The notes under the pieces: generated by a model | Told to the model about the DNA's origin: nothing | The model's input: only the letters and a program-made list of their open reading frames with translations | Databases searched by the model: none | NCBI RefSeq assembly: GCF_006345805.1 | Contig: NC_043014.1 | Location: forward strand, 47,120,001 to 47,184,000 | Length of the DNA stretch: 64,000 nucleotides | From: Octopus sinensis | Lineage: Eukaryota | Direction of reading: 5' to 3' | Translations under genes and position numbers: made by a program | Shown here: piece by piece, positions 24,617 to 35,075 of the stretch | Numbering within the stretch: position 1 is the first letter of the stretch | Layout: the number at the start of each line of letters is the position of its first letter

Positions 24617-24978
24617 TATAGAATTGTAAAAATCAACACCGCTTAACAAAACCCATCGCAGTGAAAGCACACATACATATATATATGTATATATATATCA
24701 ACATATGCATGCATACATACATACATACATACATACATACATGCATACATATTGTAATAACAATAATCCTTGGATGGAATTTATCAACATTTTTAATGTG
24801 TGTGTGTGTGTGTTTTGTTTATGTATGTTTTGTTTGACATATTGCCTGAATGTATCTTGAAAATATATCTCTCGAACCATACTGTTGATAAAACTTCAAA
24901 TTTTAGGTTAGGAATTCAAACAGTATTTGTAACTCTGAACATGATTGTAATATCTAACAAACATCTCTTATCTGCCAG

Positions 24979-25166
24979 GAGCCCTGTTATTGCGGTGGGA
25001 AGCAACAAAATGTGTTTGGCCTTATATGATTTCTCTTGGAATGGCTTATTTTGTAACCTTGCTTCTGTTTCCCGGTGTCGAATCCCAAATCATCAGCTGT
25101 CGACTCCGAAGCTGGACACCGGTCATTCTAATGGCTATATTTAATTTATTTGATTTCATTGGCAAA
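24979..25166 (+). CDS. SLC29A4: ENT4/PMAT-like coding exon 6
   Basis: Acceptor ctcttatctgccag|; (R)ALLLRWE...YFVTLLLFPGVES...MAIFNLFDFIGK; donor AAA|GTAAGT; 188 nt. Confidence 0.93.
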
Positions 25167-25428
25167 GTAAGTTTCACCTATTTCTCTTTTTCTAAATAAG
25201 GTCTAACTAGAATGGCTTGATTTAATCAAGCTGAAATAGCTCAGTTGAGAAAGCATAAAACTGAAAATTTAAAGGTCCCTGATTCAGTCCCAGGATTCAG
25301 CATTCAGTGGCTGCTCTACTATATAGATGCAGGTGTGGCTGTGTGGTTAGAAGCTTGCTTCTCAACTAAATGGTTCTGGGTATACATACACACACATATG
25401 TGCACATACATCTATTTAACCATCTTGC

Positions 25429-25482
25429 ATCGTCTCTGATGAAGGGATATACATAATATCCCAGAAACAGCTGTAAGACTAT
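25429..25482 (+). ncRNA. Minimal type I hammerhead ribozyme motif (Penelope-like element type)
   Basis: GTCT-CTGATGA-A GGGATAT acata ATATCCC A-GAAA-CAGCTG-TA-AGAC: intact core, 7-bp stem II, palindromic stem III, GUA triplet, stem I closes. Confidence 0.75.
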
Positions 25483-25880
25483 ACTCTTTTACTCTTTTAA
25501 TTGTTTCAGTCATTTGACTGCGGCCATGCTGGAGCACCGCCTTTAATCGAGCAACTCGACCCCGGGTCTTATTCATTGTAAGCCCAGTACTTATTCTATC
25601 GGTCTCATTTTGCCGAACCGCTAAGTGACGGGGACATAAACACACCAGCATCGGTTGTCAAGCAATGCTAGGGGGACAAACACACACACACACATAAATA
25701 TATATATATACATATATACGATGGGCTTCTTTCCGTTTCCGTCTACCAAATCCACTCACAAGGCCTTGGTCGGCCCGAGGCTATAGTAGAAGACACTTGC
25801 CCAAGGTGCCACGCAGTGGGACTGAACCCAGAACCATGTGGTTGGTAAACAAGCTACTTACCACACAGCCACTTCTGCGC
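25483..25880 (-). mobile_element. SINE family A
   Basis: Full-length reverse-complement copy in intron 6. Confidence 0.85.
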
Positions 25881-25905
25881 CTATATCTATATCTTTTTTC
25901 CTTAT

Positions 25906-26351
25906 CTCTCTCTCTCTATCCGCTCAGTCGAATTCAACTCTCGGTCACTCGTTGGATCAGTGTCCTCCGGTCAGTTCTATCCTGGGCCGCTTCCTTCAGA
26001 CTGGCCATGTCCATTCCGGTATCACTCCTGATGGTGTCAAGCCAGCGGGTTCTTGGTCGGCCTCTTCCTCTCTTGCCACTGACCATTCCGAGCATGATGT
26101 CCTTCTCCAGGGATTTTCTCCGCATAATATGACCGAAATATACCAATCTACGCTTGGTGATCCCAGAATACCAAAAGAAGCTGTACATGTGTTTCATCGA
26201 TTACTTCAAAGCCTTTGACAGCATTGATCATGACAAGTTATGGAAATGTCTGGAGGAAATGGGAACACCTTTATACCTTGTCCAGCTTATTAGATCACTC
26301 TATCGAAACCAAGAGGCTACAGTACGGATACCATATGGCGACACTGATTGG
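25906..26351 (-). mobile_element. RTE LINE insertion with inverted 5' segment
   Basis: Minus strand GITKRRLVYFGHIMRR...GRPRTRWLD to (GA)n tail; plus strand EYQKKLYMCFIDYFKAFDSIDH RT segment; TSD TTTTTCCTTAT. Confidence 0.88.
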
Positions 26352-26638
26352 TTTTTCCTTATAAATGTCCTGTAAACTAATGCCAAAGCAGACATTGGCA
26401 CTTAGCACAGCCCTCTTGCTTATCTGTTCATGTCAGATTGTCCAATCCATGCCAGCATGGAAAAGGGGACATTTCATGATGATGATGACAATGATAGTGA
26501 TGATTTCTCCTCTCTTCCACTCATGGAAAAAATGTACTTTAAATCTTCATTGTTAAAAAAAAGGTAACATCTTTATAGAACATTTTAATTAAATTTTTAA
26601 TTGTAATTAAAAAGTAATTAAATTGTGATTACTTGCAG

Positions 26639-26879
26639 GTAATTGCTGCCATTCCTTATGACTGGCCCCGAGGTCGTCTTATCCTGTTTACTTGTTTTCG
26701 AATTCTCTTGGTTCCCATGATGATGATGTGTGTCCTGCCAGTACACAAGCCAACACTAAACGGTGAGGGATATGCTGTCTTAGCGTCTCTCTTATTGGGG
26801 GTCACCAATGGATATTTCGGCAGTGTTCCCATGATCCTGGCACCAATGAAAGTGTCCAGTGAGAAAAAGGAAATCACAG
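26639..26879 (+). CDS. SLC29A4: ENT4/PMAT-like coding exon 7
   Basis: Acceptor ttacttgcag|; VIAAIPYDW...GVTNGYFGSVPMILAPMKVSSEKKEIT(G); donor G|GTATAC; 241 nt. Confidence 0.93.
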
Positions 26880-26916
26880 GTATACTTCTCCTTCATTTCT
26901 CTCTCTTTCTCCCTTT

Positions 26917-26917
<1 letters not shown>

Positions 26918-26960
<43 letters not shown>

Positions 26961-27335
26961 GGTGGTGGTGGTGGTGGTGGTGGTAGTAGTAGTAGTGGTA
27001 GTAGTGGTGGTGGTGGTGGTGGTGGTAGTGGTGGTGGTGGTGGTGGTAGTAGTAGTAGTTGTTGTTGTTGTAGTTGTAGTTGTAGTGGTGGTGGTGGTGG
27101 TGGTGGTATAGTAGTAGTAGTTTGTTGTTGTGTTGTGGTGGTGGTGGTGGTGGTGGTGGTAGTGGTGGTGGTGGTGGTAGTAGTAGTAGTAGTTGTTGTT
27201 GTTGTAGTTGTAGTTGTAGTGGTGGTGGTGGTGGTGGTGGTAGTAGTAGTAGTTGTTGTTGTTGTTGTGGTGGTGGTGGTGGTGGTGGTGGTGGTGGTAG
27301 CAGCAGTAACAGCAGCAGCACCACCACCACCACTG
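26918..27335 (+). repeat. (AGT/GGT/TGT)n tract
   Basis: Starts ~38 nt after the exon 7 donor. Confidence 0.95.
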
Positions 27336-27823
27336 TTTTTTACGTTGTTGTTGTTTAGCCATCGGGCAGCCCTGATCCTTGAAGCCTATGATCAAGGTGT
27401 TCCATCTATGACCAACCAGGTGATAATTCAGACATAGTGTATCTAAGAGTACATTATTTAATACATCATTCCTCGTTGTTTTGTTGTTGTTCAGCCCCAG
27501 GCCAGCCTATGATCCAGGATGCTCTCACCATGGCCATTCACTCTGTTATTCAGACATAATATATCTAGGAGTACATTAGTCAATGTGCAGCCGGTAAAAG
27601 CATTTACCCATTGCCACAACTTAAGTAACAGATGAGAAAGCTACAGCTGGCCATAACACTGACCAGTGAAGTTCTTCAAATTTGAGCATTTTTAACGTTT
27701 AAGCCGCCAGCATTCAGATTACACTGTCAAATGTGATATATTTATTTATACACATTTTATAAAATTAAACCCAGGATTATTTTGTAGCTTTGATATTTTG
27801 AGACTGCATACAGCAACATACAA

Positions 27824-27972
27824 CCTATTTCTTTACTACCCACAAGGGGCTAAACACATAGAAGACAAACAAGGACAGACAAACAGATTAAGTCGATTAT
27901 ATCGACCCCAGTGCGTAACTGGTACTTATTTAATCGACCCCGAAAGGATGAAAGGCAAAGTCGACCTCGGCG
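27824..27972 (-). mobile_element. SINE family B, 5'-truncated
   Basis: Tail and core only. Confidence 0.8.
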
Positions 27973-28372
27973 ACATACAAGCTTAACCATATACACACAC
28001 AAACACAATCACACACATACATGCACACAAGTTCGACCACACACACACACAGCCATACACATAGACGCAAACACACAAACACAAGTGCAACAGCACACAC
28101 ACACACACACAAACAACCACACATACACACAAGCATACAGCAACATGTTACCATAACCATATAAACACACACATACAAACACAACCACACAAAAACACAA
28201 TCACACACATACATGCACACAAGTTCGACCACACACACACACAGCCATACACATAGACGCAAACACACAAATACAAGTGCAACAGCACACACATACACAC
28301 ACACACACAAACAACCACACATACGCACAAGCATACAGCAACATACAACCTTAACCATTACACATTATCGTC

Positions 28373-28458
28373 TTCATCATCATTATCATCATCATCATCA
28401 TCATCATCATCCTCATCATCATTATCAGCCTTCTCTTCCTCATTCTCATCATCATCAC

Positions 28459-28502
<44 letters not shown>

Positions 28503-28578
28503 CCATCATCATCATCACCATCATCATTATCTTCATCATCATTATCAGCCTTCTCTTCCTCATTCTCATCATCATCAC

Positions 28579-28622
<44 letters not shown>

Positions 28623-28701
28623 CCATCATCATCATCACCATCATCATTATCTTCATCATCATTATCAGCCTTCTCTTCCTCATTCTCATCATCATCACCA
28701 C

Positions 28702-28733
<32 letters not shown>

Positions 28734-28806
28734 CCATCACCATCATCATTATCCTCATCATCATTATCAGCCTTCTCTTCCTCATTCTCATCATCATCAC
28801 CATCAC

Positions 28807-28841
<35 letters not shown>

Positions 28842-29527
28842 CCATCATCATCATCACCATCATCATTATCCTCATCATCATCATCAGCCTTCTCTTCCTC
28901 AGTCTCATCATCCTCATAATTGTCATCATCATCATCATCATCATTCTCTTCCCCATTCTCAATGTCATCATCATCATCCCCCGTTGTCTTCATCATCATC
29001 ATCATCATCACAATAGTTTCACTGGATTTCTGCTTCCATTATTGCATTTTATTGACTCACATAATCGTCATCATTATTATTATTATCATTAACATTACCA
29101 TCATCCTCATTCATCACCATCAACATCATCACAATAGTTTCACCAGATCTCTGCTTCTGTTTTTTTTTTATTTATTTTACTGTCTCTCATAATCATCATC
29201 ATTGTAATCATCATCATCATCAACATTACCATCATCATCATCATCATCATCAATAGTTTCACTGGATTTCTGCTTCCATTATTTTATTTTACTGTTTCTC
29301 ATAATCATCATCATCATCATCATCATCATCATTATCACCAATATTACCATCATCTTCATTATTATCATCATCATCATCTTCATCATCATCATCATCAACA
29401 TTACCATCATCATTATTATCACCAATATTACCATCATCATCATTATCATCATCATCATCATCATCAACATTACCATCATCATTATTATCATCATCATCAT
29501 CATAATCATCATCATCATCATCATCAC
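28373..29527 (+). repeat. (CAT)n tracts with higher-order periodicity
   Basis: ATC repeats with five copies of the anchor cagccttctcttcctca. Confidence 0.9.
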
Positions 29528-29659
29528 AATAATTTCACTGGATTTCTGCTTCTGTTTATTTTATTTTACTTGTCTGATTATTAATTTATTGTTATTGTTG
29601 TTGTTTTGTTTTGATATACTGCCTTCCATCTTCTCCTGCCTTCTTCTTCTTCTTCCCAG

Positions 29660-29892
29660 GTAACATCATGATGTTTTCCTACAGTATCGGAATGACTACC
29701 GGCAGCATTGGGGCCTACATCCTTGACTACTTCATCGGCGCCAACTCGGTGGAGTCGATTTGTACCGCAGCTATCCACCCCCACCATCCTGCCCTCACCA
29801 ACATCGCGGGACACCACATGGCACCGTCAATACCAGCCTCGTTGAATGCTACAAGCATGTTATCAAACTTTACTAACCTCTCCGTCAACTAA
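29660..29892 (+). CDS. SLC29A4: ENT4/PMAT-like coding exon 8 (terminal, includes TAA)
   Basis: Acceptor ttcttcttcccag|; (G)NIMMFSYSIGMTTGSIGAY...NLSVN*; 233 nt; total CDS 1701 nt = 566 aa + stop. Confidence 0.92.
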
Positions 29893-30479
29893 CAGAAGAC
29901 GGGGCTCTTCGTGGCATAAGGCACAGATTGTGAAGCCAAACAGAACAAGGGAGAAGCTTTTTCTTATTTAATCAAACTTCTATGTATATCTTTGGTTTAT
30001 TTACGTGTAGCATCAATACAGCATGTGAGGGCGTGGGTGTGTGTGTGTGTGTGATTGTGTGTGTGTGTGTGTGTGTGTGTTTGTGTGTGAGAGAGAGTAT
30101 GTGAACTTGTGTGTATGTGTGTGCATGTATATGTTTGTGTGTGTGTGTGTGTCTATAAATATATATATATGTATATATTATATATATATGCATGCATATT
30201 TACAGATACACATCTATATAATTCACATAAAGCTAATATCCAAATACACACACACACACACACACATGTATGTATGTATATATGTATGTATGTATGTATG
30301 TACGAATGTATGTATGTATGTAATATATATGTTTATTATGTATGTATGTATATATGTTTATTTTTAAACCAGAATGTTGTTGACAGTGGCCCCAAAGTTT
30401 CGGCTAGTTGAGCTATCATCAGATGATTGTTTAACTGGATAAAGCTTCGAAGTTACTGTCAACAACATTTTTGTTGGAG

Positions 30480-30485
30480 AATAAA
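30480..30485 (+). terminator. First canonical poly(A) signal downstream of the ENT4 stop codon
   Basis: AATAAA 588 nt after the stop; no earlier AATAAA seen; further ones follow (e.g. ~30787), so the 3' end may be longer. Confidence 0.45.
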
Positions 30486-30570
30486 CTTGCACTCGACAAA
30501 CTTATAGGGTAACTGCTCAGATTAATGTAAAATCGTTTTATTGTAACTAAGCCTAAGAACAAACATAACA

Positions 30571-30616
<46 letters not shown>

Positions 30617-31313
30617 CACACATAATGGGTTAGAGCATATCAAAAATGCATATAATGGATGCAGGCAATTAGTATTCTGACATGATCTGATACCTAAAAT
30701 CTGGTGTCAAATGATGTGAGATGAAATCTAAGCAAACAAGAGTTTGGTATAGACAATGTTCCAGTTAAGCTAATGAAAGTGTGCTGAAATAAAAAGTGGA
30801 CATCTTGTTGTTAATGCAATCAAAACATTTATAAAATAGCTATACAGAAGTGCATATAAATATAATTAAGCAGAAAAACAGAAAAATCAGGAAGACAAAA
30901 GATCAAGGTAGGTCATTATAGACAGGTAAATATCTGGAGAGTTCATACTCTCATATTACAGGTAAAAGAGAGGCGAATCCAAGTAGTCCTATGAAGTAGT
31001 TCTTCATAAATAAGTAGATAGCCACAGGGTTCATACGCTAACCTTGCAGATAAGACACAGGGGAATATAAGTAATTCTTTACAGCTGTTTCTGGGGTTTG
31101 GTGGCCAGTAAGTGCAGTAGTGAACATTGTGTGCACATATACATGAAGTAAATTGGTGGTAGCAAATGTATATAACACAAATATAGATTGTATTATTACT
31201 CACACAATCAGTGAGTGCTTGATTGTGTTTATACTGACATCTTTATAATTATTTTATAAATGCTTGGACGCCATTAATAATGTCTGTCTATCTCTTTATA
31301 TATATATATTATA

Positions 31314-31490
31314 TGTAGAAAAATACAAACTGGGACAAGAACGTAAAACATTTAGAAGATGATACAAAAAACACGGACGGGACATTCGAAGCCTTCAATC
31401 TTCAGTCAAGAACCGGATCATCCTCGCAATTTCGGCTGATTAATCTTGAGATTGCTCCGATCCGGCCAGCCCCAAGGAAAAACTTTGGCC
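31314..31490. mobile_element. Penelope-like terminal repeat fragment in a (TA)n tract
   Basis: Nearly identical to ~1926-2060; both embedded in TA repeats; PLE assignment is inference. Confidence 0.55.
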
Positions 31491-31508
31491 TGTATATATA
31501 TATATGTA

Positions 31509-31557
<49 letters not shown>

Positions 31558-31640
31558 TTTTGAATATGTGTGTATGTATTATGTATTAAATATTATTTTG
31601 AATAAATAAATATATATATGTATGTATGTATATTGTGTGT

Positions 31641-31722
<82 letters not shown>

Positions 31723-32337
31723 ATACATGTGTATGTATATATATATATATGATTGATTCCATTCATAGCTGTATGGCGTATATATGTATATACATTCATA
31801 TATATATATATATATGTATGTATATGTGTATATACAGAGAGAGAGAGAGAAAGGGAAAGAGATATGCATACATATAGATACATATATACACACATACATA
31901 TGCATTATAGGGTGTAGTTAAACAACTGATGAATTAGCCTGCATTTTCAATAAGGACTCAGTAAATATAGACTATAGAAGCAGAGAATGAATGTAATTTA
32001 TGTAATTTACTTAAATCAATCTCCATGAATCTCATTGATTAGAAGGACGTTTTGGTTGGATAAGTGGCTTTTAAAGATATTGCTTATGATAAATTATATC
32101 TAAATTTGTATCTGCCTCTGTATCCCTCCGTAGGTGCGCACGCACACACACACACACACACATACACACACACACCACACATATACACACACACATGCAG
32201 GCACATGGATACATGTATATTATTTGCCAAGAAGCTGCATTGATTGAAGGGCCTACAGTTCTGGTCAATATACCTATTCACTTTGTGTGTGTGTGTGTAT
32301 ACATATATATATATTATATCACTATATAATATATATA

Positions 32338-32371
<34 letters not shown>

Positions 32372-32969
32372 TATATATATAGATATTACTATTGGTAATG
32401 TGTTGTGTATATTTGTGGTGTATATATATATATATATATATAGAAACACACACACACACCCTCATACATATATACATGCATATAAATATCTATATATAAT
32501 ATATATATATAAATATATATATGTGTAATATATATGTATGTATATATAAATGTGTATTTATGTATATATATATGCATGCATACAACTATATATATACATT
32601 TACATATATGTGTATGTACATGCAGATATTTGCTTGTCTGTGTGTTTGTATATGACTGCTGTATGTGTTGCGGATTTGGTGTATGTGTATATGTATTTCA
32701 TATTCAAGCGACCATTTTATAATCATTGATCTGAATCAAAATTATTTTGCAAAATTATGTCCTTTTTTTCTGTTCCGTTCCATCATTAATGAAGTCATTC
32801 AATGGCTCTTGTTTATTTTGGGCTACATGTTCACCACTTTGTGCTACATGTTCACTGTTTTGGGGTACATGTCCTTCGTTTTACTAGTTAACTATAAGCA
32901 GCTAAAATAACACTAGATGCACATGATTCTGTAAAGTTCATGAATACATGGTGGTTATTTACTGAGGTC

Positions 32970-33440
32970 TTTTGTTAACAGGTTATGAGACATCCATGAA
33001 CAGTCACATGATATTTCTTGTTAACTAAATATCAGGCATTCATGAACATTCACTGATCTCTACTGTTAACTGACTGTGACACGGTCATCAACGTTCATTG
33101 ATGTCCTGTGTTAATGGACTGTGAGAGATGCATGAACACTCACTGGTGTTTCCTGTTAACTGATAACCAGGCATTTATGAACACTCATTGATTCCTCTTG
33201 TTAACTGACTGTCACTCATCCATCAATGTTCACTGATGTCTTTGTTAACTGACTGTCAGACATTCATCAATGTTCACTGATGTCCTTTGTTAACTGACTC
33301 TCAGATATTGAAGAACACTCACTGATGTCTCCTGTTAACTGTTGGTTATTTAGTTAATAGTTTACTTATGTCAACTGGTAATTTTTGTCTTTCAAATTAC
33401 TTGGTGGACAGTCTTGTACAGCCCCTTGTTAACTGACCGT
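32970..33440. repeat. Degenerate ~43-bp minisatellite with a GTTAAC core
   Basis: About 10 recurrences of ttgttaactgactgt...catccatgaacactcactgatgt. Confidence 0.75.
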
Positions 33441-34336
33441 TTACTCACAGATGGCGAATAGTAGCCTGTAATATATCTGTGTTAAGGTTGCATTAGTTGG
33501 TAGAAAACTGAAACTAGAGTCTCCATGGCTTCCAGTTTGATGTCTCAACATTCTGTGTTCAAATCAAATCAAGGCTGATTTTGCCTTTTAAATCCTACAG
33601 GGTTATGACAGCTGAACCACTTAACTATAACCCCTCCCTGCAAAAATATAGGGGGCATTTGTTCCAAACAAAGAGATCTTTTGATTTTCTGCTGTATTCT
33701 TGGTTCTAATTTGGAACCATTTCTCTTGACATTGCTAAAGTTCCTGGGAAAAGAGTGAATGTCACAACTTCTCTTAAGAATAACTTTCAGCCCAATTCCT
33801 TTTAAAAAAAGAAACCCCTATTTTTTACTAAATTATTCTGTAAACTGTAAAATGTTTTCTATTTTGCAACAATATTGTACCCCATCTCATCCCCACTTCC
33901 CCTTCAAGCTCTCTCACAGGCACACATCTTTGTGTCTGAATTTTACTCCCTTTTTTATCTGCTGAGGTGACCCTAAAAATGGTGTCACCATTGCTGCTTC
34001 TCATAGCTTGAAATTAAGCTTTTTATCTGTGATTTATCAAAGTGAAATTCTTTGTCTTGTTTATTTTTCTCTATTATTATTATTATTATGAGGATGGTGG
34101 ATTGGCAGAATCATCAGAGCACCAGACAAAATGCCTTGCAGTATTTGTTCCAAGCTTTTACATTCTGAGTTCAAATCCTGCCAGGGCCAACTTTGCCTTT
34201 CATCTCTCCAGAGTTGATGAAATAAAGTACCAGATTGACCCCCATCCCCTCAAAATTTTTGGCACTGAGCCTGAGTCAGAAATTATTATTATTATTATTA
34301 TTATCATTGTTATTATTATTGTTATTATTATTATTA

Positions 34337-34371
<35 letters not shown>

Positions 34372-34854
34372 GTGAAGTGGCAGGGGGTTCCTTTCTCCTT
34401 TTAACTTATGAATGTTTTTAATTAATATTTCCAAATAATTGAAATTAATTAATCAGGTGAATCACATTATCAAAACACACACAACACACAAAAATCATAA
34501 ACAACATTCCTTCTTTCCTTCCTTCCTTTCTTCTCTCTATTCAGATAATGTTTATATCTGTTTAATATTGAGTTTATCACTAAACCAACCAGAAATATTT
34601 ATTTTAAATGGGATGATATTACAAAATGAAAATCAAAACAAATTTGTTTTTTATCACAAAAAATTTTTAAAAAAAGGAAAAAAGGAAACTCATTTCTCGT
34701 AGAATAGAAGAGAGACACAAATATCTGGCCATTCTTTGGTGGAAATAAACTTCTAAAGTGTCTGAGAATCCTCTGAAATAATTTTCAAGTGGAAAGTTTT
34801 GAATAAATACCTGATCCTTGCTGATAACTATTTTAATATATTTACAACATACGA

Positions 34855-35075
34855 TGGGCGAGCTGGCGGAATAGTTAGCACAGTGGACAAAATGCTCAGT
34901 GGTATTTCATCTGTCTTCACATGCTGAGTTCAAATTCTGCCAAGGCTGACTTTGCCTTTCATCCTTCCGGGATCGATAAAATAAGTACCAGTTTGAGTAC
35001 TGGGGTCAGTGTAATCGACTTACCCCCAACCCCCAAAATTGCTGGCCTTGTGCCAAAATTTTAAATCAATATATT
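34855..35075 (+). mobile_element. SINE family B-related copy
   Basis: gagctggcggaatagttagc head, ttcatccttccgggatcgataaaataagtacc core. Confidence 0.75.

Noticed and set aside
25060-25100. CTGATGA...GAAA on the antisense strand of exon 6
   Set aside because: No stems I-III; coincidental within coding sequence
26880-26920. Alternative acceptor 41 nt after the exon 7 donor
   Set aside because: Intron too short and leads into a pure repeat with tandem TAG
28358-29011. 217-aa Asp/Glu-rich ORF resembling acidic biomineralisation proteins
   Set aside because: It is the stop-free minus frame of a (CAT)n tract in ENT4 intron 7; no signal peptide or splice support
31375-31460. Hammerhead on the minus strand (CTGAAGA here, CTGATGA in the 2016 copy)
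   Set aside because: The GAA after the putative stem II is followed by T and no stem III forms; the complementary segments occur in an order that does not give a standard permutation
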